From Octopus sinensis (Eukaryota), in assembly GCF_006345805.1 (NCBI RefSeq), contig NC_043005.1:37634001-37698000 (forward strand): 64,000 nt of DNA, given 5' to 3'. Positions 49,546-63,609 of the stretch are shown here, piece by piece (position 1 is the stretch's first letter; each line of letters starts with the position of its first letter). A program made the translations under genes and the position numbers. The notes beneath the pieces were generated by a model. It saw nothing but the letters and a program-made list of their open reading frames with translations. It searched no databases and was not told where the DNA came from.

Positions 49546-52236
49546 ATATATATATATATGCAATACATACATGTGTGTGTGTAGAGAGAAAGAGAAAGAG
49601 AGAGAGGAGAGAGAAGGAGAAGGAAAAAGATGGTTATGCATGTATATATACAAATATACACAATACATTTTGCTCTTGGTAAATTTGCTAACACTTTTTC
49701 ACACACACACAAGCACAAACATAAATATAAATAATTACAGATATTTGCATACATATGTATGCATGTGCACAAATATCATTTACAAACATGCATAAATTTG
49801 CATACGTACATGTATATTCATACATGTGTGTGTGTGTGTGTTTGTGTGTATGTATGCATACATTCATACACATGTACATAAACACACATATCGGCACAGC
49901 TCTATAGCCATGCATATGCAAAAACTGGCATACCCCCCCCCACACACACACACACAGATGCACATGCACCAATTGCCATGCAATTGTTAAGTGTAAAATG
50001 CTAGCATGGAATTTTAGTTATTAAGAATTTTGCAAAAATGCTTTGAGAAATTTTTCTTACCTCACTTAAAGTGGGTTAAATTTTCAATGAAGATTTTGTT
50101 AGAATCTTATTTTATAAAATTTTTGCATTATTTTTTTATGCATATGTTTTTGTTATGAAAATTAAATTAAATATTTTAATTTTGAGAATTCTATTGATTA
50201 TGAACAGAATTCCAATTTGTTTGGTTTAGTGGAAGTAGAACTGGTTGCATTGAGGTTGTTTGATTTCAACCACATATAATATTAGTTTTGTGTTAGCACA
50301 GAGTACTTGTAGAAGAATATGATTAGCAGATTAAATGTTTACTCCAGAGTGCCCAAGCCATCAAGTGGTTTAGGTTCCTTAGAGATAAAGCTACTTGTAG
50401 TATTGAAGTCAGTGCTAATAGTTGTATTATTTTGATGAGCTGACAGAATCATTAGTATGTTTGACAAAATGCTTAGTGACATTTCTACTGACTTTATGTT
50501 CTGTGTTCAAATTCTGTTGAGATTGACTTTGCCTATCACCCTTTTGAGATCAATAAAATAAGTATTAGTTGAATGTTTGAGTTGATGAAATCAATAACCC
50601 TCTCCTCTAAAATATCAGGCCTTGTGAGGTCCAGATTAAGACCCATTGAGGCCCTGAGCACTCAAAAGATTTTGGTGCCCCCATAAAAGATTATGTAATT
50701 CAAAATATAAACTTCAATAAAGTATAAAATGATTTATATTTTTCAAAATGAATCAAAATAGTAAGAGAGAAAGTAATGTTTATTTCTGTATAATACAAAC
50801 ATTATGGTTTCCTAGTTTCAATGGCATATGTGTTCCCCAGCTGGATGGAATGCCAGTCCATCACAGCGTTACTCACTTTTGCCAGCTGAGTGGACTGGAG
50901 CAATGTGAAATGAAGTGTTTTGCTCAAAAACATGTGTCGCCTGGTCCAGGAATTGAAACCATGATCTTACGATCATGATACTGACACCCTAACCACTAAG
51001 CCATGTGCCTTTACTTATTTCTGTATACTTCCACTTTATTTATATTTGAGTTGACAAAATTATTTAGCATTTTAGACAAAACGCTTAGAGGCATTTCATC
51101 CATCTTTACACTCTGAATTCAAATTACACTGTGATCAACTTTACCGTTCATCCTTTTGGACTCAATTAAATAAGTACCAGTTGAGCACTGACATCGATCT
51201 AATTGACTAGCCCCCCCCCCCAAAAAAAATTCCAGGCCTATGTTGTACAAGGTGCTGTGCCTATATAGTGCCTGTATAGTGCAATATAGAAAATCAGTGA
51301 AGTAGCAGAAACATTTGAACTTTGTGATATTTCTTTTCACTAATTCCACCAAGACCATCTTTGCCTTTCATTCCTTCTGGATCAAGCAATCATGTATTGT
51401 GTTGTATTTAAAAACTTGTAACTCTTAATTCAATGGATTCTTTGTGGGGGTTTTTTGTATTATAGTAAATATAATGCATATATCAACTGGAAACACGAAG
51501 GTAGAGTTAAGAGGATGGGAACTCATGTTCTCAGCTTAGAAAAGAAAGCACTTTTACCATGAAATGAATAGTACTATCATCTCTACCATCTTCTCAAACC
51601 TCCAGTTCATAACTGCAACATTAATATTCCACAATCAAAAATGAAAACTATAAAAGTAAAGTCATGGCCAGTTCCAATGACACATTAAAGGCATCTGTGC
51701 TGGTGACATGTAAAAGGCACTCAGTACACTCTGTAGAGTGGTTGGCAGTAGGAAAGGCATTGAGCTGTAGAAACCAAATCCACACACTGGAGCCTGGTGC
51801 AGCTCTCCAACTTACCACCTCCTGTGAAACCATCTAATCTATACCAGCATGGAAAAAGGGGTATTAAATGATGATGATAATGATACATACATAGATGTGT
51901 ATCATCATAGATGTGTTATAGATACGTGTATGCATGGGATGAGTGCACATGGTCAGTCATGAGATTGTGGTTTTGATTCCCTGACCAGGCTATGTCTTGT
52001 ATTCTTGAGCAAAAACACTTTGTCCTATGTTGCTCTGCAATAGTTTCAACACTGGACATTGTGGCACACTTGTGCACCTGTACAGGTGATGTTGATTTGA
52101 TGGAAGGAGTAAGTTAATTTAAAGTAAAAATTTGATTACTATTAATATAAACAAATCATCTGTGCAGGTTCTCAGCATGAAATTGTGGAACTATCAGCTG
52201 TCATCTAGGATTGGAGAGTCCATAATACATATATAC

Positions 52237-52284
<48 letters not shown>

Positions 52285-52289
52285 TATAT

Positions 52290-52570
52290 ATATTATATAG
52301 ACAGAAACTGAAGAGAACCCGTCGTATATATGTATATATATATATATGTGTATGCGTGTGTGTGTTTGTGGGTCTGTGTTTGTCCCCTAGCATTGCTTGA
52401 CACCGATGCTGGTGTGTTTATGTCCCCGTCACTTAGCGGTTCGGCAAAAGAGACCGATAGAATAAGTACTGGGCTTACAAAAGAATAAGTCCCGGGGTCG
52501 AGTTGCTCGATTAAAGGCGGTGCTCTAGCATGGCCGCAATCAAATGACTGAAACAAGTAAAAGAGTAAAA
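52290..52570 (+). mobile_element. Young head-A SINE 3' half, tail 1
   Basis: The retained CpGs (cttagcggttcggcaaaagagaccgatag..ccggggtcgagttgctcg) indicate low divergence. Confidence 0.9.
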
Positions 52571-52610
52571 GAGTATATACATACATACACATACATACAT
52601 ACACACACAC

Positions 52611-52683
<73 letters not shown>

Positions 52684-53397
52684 ATTGTGTGTGTGTGTAC
52701 GTGTGTGTGTGTGTACGTGTGTGTGTGTGTGTGTATGTCTGAGCATTCATAGCAAGTTTTTAAAATTATGAGTATCTGCAACTGTGTGTATGTAAATGCA
52801 TGTATATGTGTATGTGCCTAGATGCATGTGGGAAATAGGATTGTGATTATGCTTATATGTCTATGTATGTATATACACATACATACATATATGTATATAT
52901 ATATATATATATATACTAAGGCTCTATCTTCATTAGTCTATATGTCTATCAGCGTATACATGCCTATGTATACATATGTACATGTATGTAGTCATTTTCT
53001 CTAATGAAGCAGAGAAAAAAATGTTTGTACCAAAGAGGGTCAATGTATAGACATACATTCTGTAACAGCAATATTTACCAATATTCCAAAGCTGTACATT
53101 TGTGTCATAAATCAATGAATTGTAAAATCAAAAAATATATATATATACATAAACATAAATAGACGTAGTGATTTGGTAAAATAGGGCAGAATGTAATCAT
53201 GCAAAATTGTATGCTTTGTGTGTCTGGATGTTGAAATGTGTGTGTATGTGTATCTTTGTGTGTGTGTGTGTGCCGAGGGAGTGCAGTAATATATAGAAAA
53301 GTAAATACAAGGTCATCCAACTGTAGAAGAGATAAAAATCCTGTCAATAACGACTGATATTTGTAGCCAACACACACAAGCACGCACACACACACAC

Positions 53398-53445
<48 letters not shown>

Positions 53446-53683
53446 AGCTTCAGGCATTTGCAATTTCAGAAATGTTGGTGCAAAATCTACTGTAATTATT
53501 ATTTTTTAGCATCTGTATATGTGTGAGCATAAATGTTTTCATATGTAGACAAATATGAGCAGTTATTGTTCTTCCTTTGCATATGGTGGCTGCTTCATAA
53601 TTACGTTGGTGATTATAATAAGAGGTAACAATGATAGAGTTATTGTTAATGAGAAAGCTGGTGGCTTGGAGGAAAGAATAATA

Positions 53684-53723
<40 letters not shown>

Positions 53724-54082
53724 GAAAGTTATTAAAACAATTGTGCTAAAATATAGTGGCAGTGATGGTGGTGATGAAGATAATGATATTGATGATGGTG
53801 GTGGTGATAGTGGTTTTCATAATGATAATAATAATAATGATGATGATGATGATGATTTCATATTTTGGGTACGAGTCCGGCAGTTTTGTGGGAGGGAGTA
53901 TGTCAAATACATTGACACCCCACCCCAGTGTACAACTGGTACTTCTTTTATTAACCCTGAAAGAATGAAAGGCAATGTTCACCATGGCAGAATTTGAACT
54001 CCGAATGTTTAGGCAGATGGAATGCTGCTAAGCAATACTCCTGGTGAGGTAACAATTCTACCAGCATGCTATCTTGATAATG

Positions 54083-54138
<56 letters not shown>

Positions 54139-54452
54139 CTTGTTGTATACAATGCTCCTGTGCACTACAGTTCATTAGAAAATATCAAAAGAAAGGAAAG
54201 AAAGCAGTCATAAGCCAAGAAAGAAAGATAGCTATGAATGCTAGAAGTATGCAAAAAACACAGGAAAGTGAACAGTAAAAGAGCTAAAAATGGAGGAAGG
54301 AGAGTATATGTTCATTAAGGGTGGTGTTGGCATTGAACATGAGTTTAATATCAATTCTGCATCAGTCCTGACATTGATTTGGATTAAACAACTCCATTGC
54401 TTCATTAAAGGCAAAGGGTCGGTTTCCTGGTTTCATGACATATATATATATA

Positions 54453-54665
54453 TACCTATTTCTTTACAAGGGGCTAAATACAGAGAGGACAAACAAGGAC
54501 AGACAAACGGATTAAGTCGATTACATTAATCCCAGTGTGTAAATGGTACTTAATTTATCGACCCCGAAAGGATGAAAGGCAATTTGAACTCAGAATGTAA
54601 CGGTAGACGAAATACGGCTACGCATTTCGCCCGGCGTGCTAATGTCTCGGTCAGCTTGCTGCCTT
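54453..54665 (-). mobile_element. Head-B SINE with tail 2
   Basis: Same tail as 14112-14347, CpG-rich, with a small internal deletion. Confidence 0.85.
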
Positions 54666-55189
54666 CATGGCATATATATACCTCACCTGGATGGGATACT
54701 GGTCTGTCACAGCATTACTCATTTTGCCAGCTGGAGCAACATGAAATGAAGCATTTTGCTCAAGAACACAACACGTTACTTGGTCTAGGAATTGAAACTA
54801 CAATCTTACAATCAAGAGTCCAACATCCTAACTACTATACTAAGCCACATACCTCCCCCATTGTTTCAATGTGATTTATGCAATGTTTTGAAGTGATTTA
54901 CTGAATGTTTTTGCCGTCTGTATTACAAGGATTTAGTGACTACTCTTTGGAGAAGATGTACCCAATCTTCTTCCACAATGAGGGGTATTGGGAGATATGT
55001 GGCTTAGTGGTTAGGATGCTTGGCTCATGACCATAAGGTCATGAGTTTGATTCCTGGACCAGATGGTGTTTTGTGTCCTTGAGCCAGGAACTTGATTTCA
55101 TTATTTTGCTTAGTCTTCCTACTTAGTTCAAAATAAGGACCAGCTAACTACCAATGTATCCCCTCTCTCTTTTCTGCTGTCACAACCTC

Positions 55190-55480
55190 AATGTACTTCT
55201 GGGTCATCATCATCACCATCAACAACTCCTCTACAGCCACTAGTGCTATCACCACTTCAGCCACCACCATCACCATCCCTGTTGTTGCCATCATCATCAT
55301 CATCAAACTCTTCATCAACACCACTGCCATCATTGTAGTTGCCATTTTCATCATCATAGTCTTCATAATCATCAATATCACCACCTCCAACACTATGTCC
55401 CCATCATCATCATCATCATTATCAACACCCCCACAGCCTGTCACCAACACCATCATCATCATCATCATCGTTGTCATCAT
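55190..55480. repeat. Degenerate (CAT/CAC)n tract
   Basis: Directly visible. Confidence 0.88.
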
Positions 55481-56227
55481 GATACTGTTGATTTCCTTAC
55501 TGTTTAAGGAATATTTCGTAAAAGATTTAAAAGAAAAAGAGAGTACCACGAAAGGACATACTACATACATATACAAGCTCTCAATCAACAACCAGATATC
55601 TATTTTATGTATTCAGCTCATCAACCAAACCTCTCTGAGACTATTAAACACATAGACTTAAAGACAATTTATTCAACTGCATCTGATATGACATGCTGTT
55701 CAACAAGATAGCAGTGGCTTACCGTGCATTGAGCAACAACAGTAGAGATGGGTAGAATGTGTCCATAAATTATGTCATTGGAATTGTGTTCACACCATGC
55801 AATATTTTGAGTTCTAGTGAGAAATCTCGTCTATGTATCATGAAAGCAATTTTGAAACTCTTTCTTCATAGGTCATGTTTGTGCTCCATTGAAGAGAATG
55901 CTCTGTATGAATGTTTTGAAGGAGGCAAGCTTATGGCAATAAATGTTTTATGGCAATAAATGTTTTCTGAAACAAGTGTTGGGTTTGACATGATTGGTGA
56001 AAAATCGTGATAAGTGATGTCCCAGAATGGATGTTGACCACTGACAGAAGACAGGAAAAACAAAATGAAAATTAAAAAGTTAACAATTTGCATTTTCTCA
56101 ACTCTGCAAGAATCTCAGACCTGATATAGAAAAAACCAAATTCTATAAAAGATTTAGTTTAGCCTTCTTGACTATCTCCTCAGCTATTGTCTGGCAATAA
56201 GAATATTAAGAACAACAACAATAAAAG

Positions 56228-56273
<46 letters not shown>

Positions 56274-56284
56274 AAAGGATTATA

Positions 56285-56680
56285 ATGATTTCAAGTTTGG
56301 GCTCGAGGCCAGCAGTTTCAGGGAAGGGGATAAGTTGATTACATCAACCCCAGTGCCAAACTGTACTTATTTTATTGACCTCGAAAGGCAAAGTTGACCT
56401 CAGCAGAATTAGACCTCAGAATATAAAGATGAGCAGAATATCATTAAACATTGATGATGATCATCATCATCATTTCTAGTCTAGGCACAAGGCCTGAAAT
56501 TTTGGGAGATGGGGGCTAGTTGATTACATTGACCCCAGTGCATAACTTGTACTTATTTCATTGACCTTGAATTGATAAGCTGACCTCAATAGGATTAGAG
56601 CTCAGGACATGAAGATGGGTGAAATACCACTAAAAATTTTGCCCAGTGTGCTAATGATTCCTACCAGGCCCACTACCTTG
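56285..56680 (-). repeat. Two tandem head-B SINE copies
   Basis: Reverse-complement head-B units at ~56285-56450 and ~56475-56680. Confidence 0.8.
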
Positions 56681-57222
56681 ATGATGATGATGATGATGAT
56701 GATGGTGATGATAATAATACACACAATGATAATATTACTAACCTGTTTTGGGTTTTATTAGAGTGTGGTGTGTAGTGAAAAGCAATTGATTTCCCCCTGT
56801 CATTGGTGTTTATTTTCTAAATTCTGATAAAGCAGTCAGCTTCAATGAGATTTGCAATCAGAACTATAAGAGTTGTTGACTTTCTCCCTATTTCTAAGCC
56901 AACTTGTCCACATTATCTAGTCAGACACAAACAGTCTGTGTAGTATCCAGTCAATATTTGTATTGTTTATCTATCCTAGTCAACATGAACAATAGCAATG
57001 ATGATGGTCGTGATGAAGTGTTATAAAAAGAGAAAATGAAGGATATGAAGAGAATTGGAGTAGAAGGAAGAGGAGTCATAAACATGATAAATATTTTTTT
57101 TTTATAAATTTAGAAAAAAAAGAAAGAAATGAAATAAAATAAGGATATAAAACTAAAGACAAAGAAAGAAGATAAGAACAACAGCAGTAGCAAAACACGG
57201 TTTATAAGAAGATTATAACAAA

Positions 57223-57256
<34 letters not shown>

Positions 57257-57780
57257 GCAACGATGATGATGAGAAAAGAAAGCGATGGAGATGGAGGCAA
57301 AAAGTAAAGAAAGAGAAGATTACCAACAGCAAACATTTTGCTACATGAGAGAAGCTACTAGAGACAATTTGAAGTGATTTTCACGAAATGCTTCATATTT
57401 CCAGTTGCCTGGTTCTTGTCTACAGTTTGTTTCAAAATATCTTGGAAAAATAAAGAAAACATACCGACATACACACACACACACACACACACATGTCCAT
57501 ATGTATATGTGTGTGTGTGTATTTTTACATATATAAGTATATATATATATGTATGTATGAATGTGTATTTCTGTATTGTCAAACAAACAATGGAGGTGTA
57601 TTAAATTTTATAGAAATGTATCTGTTAATAGAGGAAGATGTAAATAAACTTTATTTACATTCCTGCGATGAATTTATATATATTTAGATGTATGAATGAG
57701 GACACATATTTATATACACACTCGGATATGCTCCAACTTCAAATGACAATTATCTGCTAATATCATTATGAATAAAAGAT

Positions 57781-58183
57781 TATATTTATATATATATATT
57801 ATATAAAATCTATTCTGTTTGTCTGTCTGTGTGTCTTCTAGAATATCGGGCATCCTCCATCCAATTGTGCTCAAATTTGATATGGAGATACCGGCGGTAT
57901 CAGGACGTGTATAAGTCTTGAAAAAATTACCAAAATCGATTCTAGGTGAGAATGCAATCGATAAAGCCGTGGAAACGTGCATTTGTATGTGCAAGTACAT
58001 CAGCTATTGCGATCGATACTACGCGTACATGAGAAAAATGCATGTGCAGTTTAAACAAAAAAAGCCGGCTGGCTTGAAATAATGCCACAAAATGGGACGG
58101 TTGGACAAGTTGTTTTGAGAAAATTTGGTTTGAATGTTTGACAACTCAGCACCATCCATTGGATGGGGGGAGGTGTTTTGCTC

Positions 58184-58184
<1 letters not shown>
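57781..58184 (+). mobile_element. Probable non-autonomous Helitron
   Basis: 5' (TA)n-tataaaatc..gtctgtctgtgtgtc..ccaattgtgctcaaatttgatatg. A 3' hairpin ccatcca-t-tggatgg (58152-58166) lies 14 nt before CTCG|T, a CTRR-like end. The interior is CpG-rich. Confidence 0.55.
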
Positions 58185-58218
<34 letters not shown>

Positions 58219-58299
58219 TCATTTGAGGGAATAAAATCCAAACTTACAAGGAAAAAGAATTCAATTTAGAAATACTAAATCAAATTCCACACAATATAA

Positions 58300-58704
58300 T
58301 ATATATAAAATATTAGAAAAAAACCACCTTTTATCAATTCAAAGTGAATAATTAAATTACACCATCTAGAAAATTACATATAATAGAAAAGTTAAAATTA
58401 AAATAACAATTAAAAAGTAAAGATTAAGTAAATTACAAGAATAATGTAATGTATATAATAGGTATATTATATATTATATATTATATATTATATACCTATT
58501 ATATACATTACATTATTCTTGTAATTTACTTAATCTTTACTTTTTAATTGATTGATTGATTCTAGTTTCAGCTCATGAGCTGTGGCCATGCTGGGGCACC
58601 GCCGTTATTTTAATTTTAACTTTCTATTATATGTAATTTTCTAGATGGTGTAATTTAATTATTCACTTTGAATTGATAAAAGGTAGTTTTTTTCTACTAT
58701 TTTA

Positions 58705-58709
<5 letters not shown>
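58300..58709. repeat. Long AT-rich palindrome with a 54-bp SINE-tail insertion in the right arm
   Basis: 58300-58466 is the reverse complement of 58491-58550 plus 58605-58709, with only a few mismatches. The insert spans 58551-58604. Confidence 0.93.
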
Positions 58710-58771
<62 letters not shown>

Positions 58772-58899
58772 ATTTATATATGCACACATATGCATACACA
58801 TACACATGTATATTTGTACATCTTACATCTATTTTTACATGTTATCATGGATGTGACATTGTGTTACTGCCAGATAGCTTTCCTGTCATTTACCCCTAC

Positions 58900-59012
58900 C
58901 TGTTTGTCAGGCAAGGGACCTTTCCATATCTTCAGATGTTCTGTACCACCCGACAAATTGTTGGCAGGAGTACTGACAACATCACCAGATATCTGCACAT
59001 TTTTAGCCAACA
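58900..59012 (-). CDS. Candidate internal coding exon (113 nt), product unknown
   Basis: Minus strand: acceptor tttgttgtcatttacag|, donor cag|gtaggg (alternative gg|gtaaat 5 nt further), open frame LAKNVQISGDVVSTPANNLSGGTEHLKIWKGPLPDKQ. GC is higher than the flanks. Confidence 0.45.
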
Positions 59013-59409
59013 CTGTAAATGACAACAAATGTGAACATTATGTCTATGTACACAATATGTTCATGGACAAGAAAAGAAGTAACAACTGTATATGCTGCAC
59101 ATTTCAACTCTGCTTAGAGTTGCATTAACAAGTGTATATCAACAGGTATATAAGCAATGTGTTTCAAGGATTGTTAAAGAAAGCATTCATTTACTGGCAA
59201 AATTCCAAAGAGAGTTGAACTATGCATTGTATATAGTTGTTCCATATTTTTCTGTCTGTTAGTATACCCTGTGATACAGGTGAGAGAACCAGAGGAACAG
59301 GGGCTTCCAAATTGCACAGAAGTCTATCAGTGTGAATCAGTATGAATCACAAAGTCATTGGATAAATTGGTATATGTGTGCATACATGTGTGTGAACACA
59401 CATGTGTGT

Positions 59410-59925
59410 GTATGTATTGGTGCTGATGTCATGTAAAAAGGCATCCAGCCATAAAAACCATACCAAAACAGACCTCACCAGTGCCATCTAATAATCATTC
59501 AGTCCACTTTGTAAAGTGGTTGGCATTAGGAAGGGCAACCATGTGAAAACAAGCAATGAAGCTTGGTGCAGTTTTATGCCCAGCCAGTTCCTGTCAAACC
59601 ACCCAACCCTTGCCAGCAGGGAAAACAGATGTTAAATGATGACAAGAATGGGTTTGATAAACATACACAAACACATATACGTGTGTGTATTACTGTCTCC
59701 TTGTCTTGACATTGCATGACAGATACAAATAAGTCTCATTGTCGTATAAATGGTGTCCTCCATTTCCAGTCTTCCATGGAAGCATGTCCAGCCATGGGGA
59801 AAGATTACATTACTAAGAAACAGGTCAGGGTTGATGACAGAAAGAGCATCTAGCTATAGAATACGTGCCGGGACAAATTTCATCCAACCCATGAAACCAT
59901 GGCAAAGTGGACACTAAAGTGATGA
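59410..59925 (+). mobile_element. Two RTE-type (GAT)n-ended SINE/LINE 3' modules
   Basis: ggttggcattaggaagggc..gatgttaaatgatga at ~59520-59643, and ccaacccatg..ggacactaaagtgatga at ~59885-59925. Confidence 0.7.
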
Positions 59926-59927
59926 AG

Positions 59928-59958
<31 letters not shown>

Positions 59959-62600
59959 CACATGCATGCACATATTTTGTTACAATATATTTCTGTGTCT
60001 CTATGTGCATTTGCAGGTGTGAAAATATAGTTGTTAAATGATGTTGAAAAAAATATAAATATGAATTTATGCAAATATACACCTCAATATCTGTATATCA
60101 GCAGGAATCATGATTCAGAAGTCATCAACTCCTCCTCTACATGTCATTTCCTTTTCTTCATCTAATTTCATGTTACAGCATAGAGTACTATAAAGATAAA
60201 TTAATTTAGAAATGTTCAGCCTGCACAAATACAGACAGATTGACCTCCCATGTGTCTTTCAGAATGGCTTCAATGTGTATTAAGTGCTAAATCTTAGGAC
60301 AGCATGTCTAAAATATAGACAGGATGACTACGGTTAGAATAACAATGCACGGCTTTTCCATCTTTCCAATCCATGCCATAGTTCATTCAAAAGCTGATTT
60401 GGCTATATCTGCTTAATAATGCAAGTGTATATGGTGGTGAGAACGAGAGAACACTTATGATCAAGCCATAAAGTTTTGACAGAACCAAATTTCGGTTTGA
60501 TTCCTGAAAATAGATGCAAAGTATGTTTTATGTCAACATTATATCTGTCAGATACCCATTTGTGAGTTTGTGGAGGACAGTTTCTACAGCAGTTTTCAAA
60601 GTTGGATGTTGGCAAAGATTCTCAATGGCATTAAAATGGTTGCTGTTGAGAGATAAAGAATGTTAGGTTATATTTGAAGGCGGATGAAAATAAAGATGTT
60701 ACCAGAGTTAGACTTATTTATTCTGATGACCATGCCAAAAGAAAAGCTTTAAATATTATGGCTCTGGGAATGTTGCCAGGTAGGGATCTTTGAAGAAGCA
60801 CAAAACAAAACAGTGTTAAATTTCATTCACTGAATATTTATGTACAAAAGTGCACATGCACAGCTTCTTAACCATGGCTTCAAGTTCAGTTCCACTTCAT
60901 AACACCCTGGGTAGTAGTCTTCAAAGATAGCCCTAGGTTGACCGAAGCCTTGTAAGTGCATTTCATAGATGAAAACCCCAAAAAGCCTGTCGTGTATCTA
61001 GGCTTGTCTGTTTGTTTGTATGTATATATGTATGATGTGCATGTATATGTGTTTTGGGTGTGTTTTGCTTTGTCTTGACATCACATGACTGTTGTGAATA
61101 GGCATCATTGTAATACAAGCAAGGTTTGTTTCTGGCTTTCTGTGAAAAACATGTCTAGCCATGTGGAAATATTACCTTACTCAGCAACAGTTGATTTTTG
61201 GCAATAGGAAGGGCACCACAGAAATTTGGCCTTGAGAAATTCCCAACCTATCTGTTACAGCTGAGGCATACAGAAACATACACAAATAGCAGGGCACATT
61301 TATTCTCTCAAAAGTTTGCATATATTAAAACAAAAATGACCCAAGTGAAATAACTCAAAGTAGATAGTGGTATGTATTAGGGAGTCATGGTATGCTCTAT
61401 CTTATCAAAGAATTGATAACATATTGTATAAACCTAACAAAGCTTTTCTTCTCACTTCTCAATACATAACAAGTTTCAAACTTTCTGCTAAATTAAGAAT
61501 CGTTATGTGAGTCCTGTTTGAGATTGACCATCGACAAATAAAATACCATTTACTTCAGTTAATTTGATATTTTAGCATTGTGAGTTTGCATCCTTTATGC
61601 TGTGGGAGCATCCTACCTTTTCATCGTTAAAGAGGTTAATGAAATAAAGAGTTGCAATAGATTTATTTCATTCCTTTAAGTGTTATATGCTGTATTTCCA
61701 ATGAAAATATCTTTGTACTTGGTCACAAACAATTCTATTTATTTATTAATTTCTTTTTTTTTTTTGCTGCTGTTATTGCTACCCCTCTTGTCCCTCTGAT
61801 CATAATCATGGTTTTATGTAATTAACAAATAAAAAGAAGAATTCAGAGGGAACTAGTGGTGGTCTGTGTCAGTAGAAAATCATAATTGCTGATCTTCATC
61901 ATTTACGAAATTACTATCAGTTACTATACAGTTACTGTCATTACAGCTCTTTGCAGTATTGCTGCCAGTTTTGTTGTGGTTACCAATACAAAACTGTACT
62001 TAACACAAAGAGATTTGTTTTTATTTGCTTGTTAAGTTACTGTCATTAACCACCAGTAATTATATCTCTTGTGTTGCCTTATTAATACTGAGTAAACTTA
62101 GGCCATGCATGAAAGTAAATGTGCTTGTACATATTACAGTATAAATGTTCTTTCTCATTCATCCTCTCTGAGTTATATGTGTGTTTGTGTGTGTATATAC
62201 ATATATATGTGTGTGTGTGTGGATGTATGTGTGTATGTATATATATATATATGTGTGTGCGTGTGGATGTATGTATGTATCTATGTATATGTGTGTATGT
62301 ATATATATGTGTGTGAGCTTGTATATCTACAGACATAAAGATGTTTATGAAATATTACTACAGTGTATATATGTGCCTATTTTATAACTTTTTCAAATGT
62401 GTGAGTATGTATTTATTTATGTATGTATGTTCACATACACATACACCTTCTGTTGTTTAAATGTTTCTATATCATATTTCATTTCAGTATGTCTATGCCT
62501 GTGTAATATATATCCATAGACTTATATATATATATATACACATGTATATGTATATATATATATATTATATATTTTTATATATGTATGTATGTATATATAA

Positions 62601-62644
<44 letters not shown>

Positions 62645-63609
62645 AATATATATATAGACTTATATGTATATATATACATACACACACTCACACACATTCA
62701 CATACATGCACTCACATATATGTACATAATGTTGTTGAATATACATTTAGTATAGTGATATAATGATTGTTGTTGCATTTGTGTATTTCGAGAAAGTAAA
62801 CTGATATAATGAAAAAAAAAAGTAATTTAAAAAAAATTAATAAAAAATAAATCCACATACATGTGTAAAAACAATGGCTGGTACTCTTTTTGGTAATACT
62901 CTCTAATTATCTTGCTCTTTTCAACATTGTTCTTTTGTCAGACCCTGTTCGAAATAAAATGCATTTTCTGAGTCAATTGAATAGTTGAGAATATCTGACG
63001 CAAATTCGTTGTGATTGAGTAACGTTCAATACAATAGCAACGAGAGAAAGAAAAAAGTAACAAAAAAAAAAGAGAGAGAAAAAAAAAGAGGCAAAGAAAG
63101 AAAAGTGAATGTTTATTTCCAAATGATATTGACAATGATAATAATATGAATTATTATTCATTCATTTCTCTGTAGTGATGCCCGACAAAGGATAACAATG
63201 ATAATAAAGAAAATAATAATAATGTTGCTTTTTTAAATAATGCTTAGGTTATTAATAATAATAGTAATAATAATAATAATGATGATGATGAAAGTAATAA
63301 TAATAATAATAATGGTTTCAAAGTTTAGTTCATGGCTAGCAATTTTTTTGTGAGGAGGGGAATCAAATACACAACCCCAGTACTTAACAGATACCTATTT
63401 TAGCAACCCCACAAGTATGAAGTGCAAAGTTAATCTTGGTGGAATTTGAACTCAGAATGTAAACGTGAATGAAATGCTGCTAAGCATTTTGTCTGGCTTG
63501 TTAACAGTTCTACCAGCTCACTACTTTAATTATAATAATAATAATAATAATAATAATAATGGTAGTGATGATAATAATAATAAGAAGAAGAGGAAGAAGA
63601 AGGTGTAAA

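Noticed and set aside
50625-50690. hAT-Tip100-like terminus (ggtccagattaagaccc..ggccct)
   Set aside because: Only one putative end was seen, with no matching inverted end or TSD.
55830-56050. Possible mariner N-terminal remnant
   Set aside because: Only vague similarity (LYECFEGG) and no catalytic motifs or TIRs.
59251-59285. 17-nt plus-strand microexon with strong splice signals
   Set aside because: It is too short to evaluate, is not a multiple of three, and such signals are expected by chance without RNA evidence.
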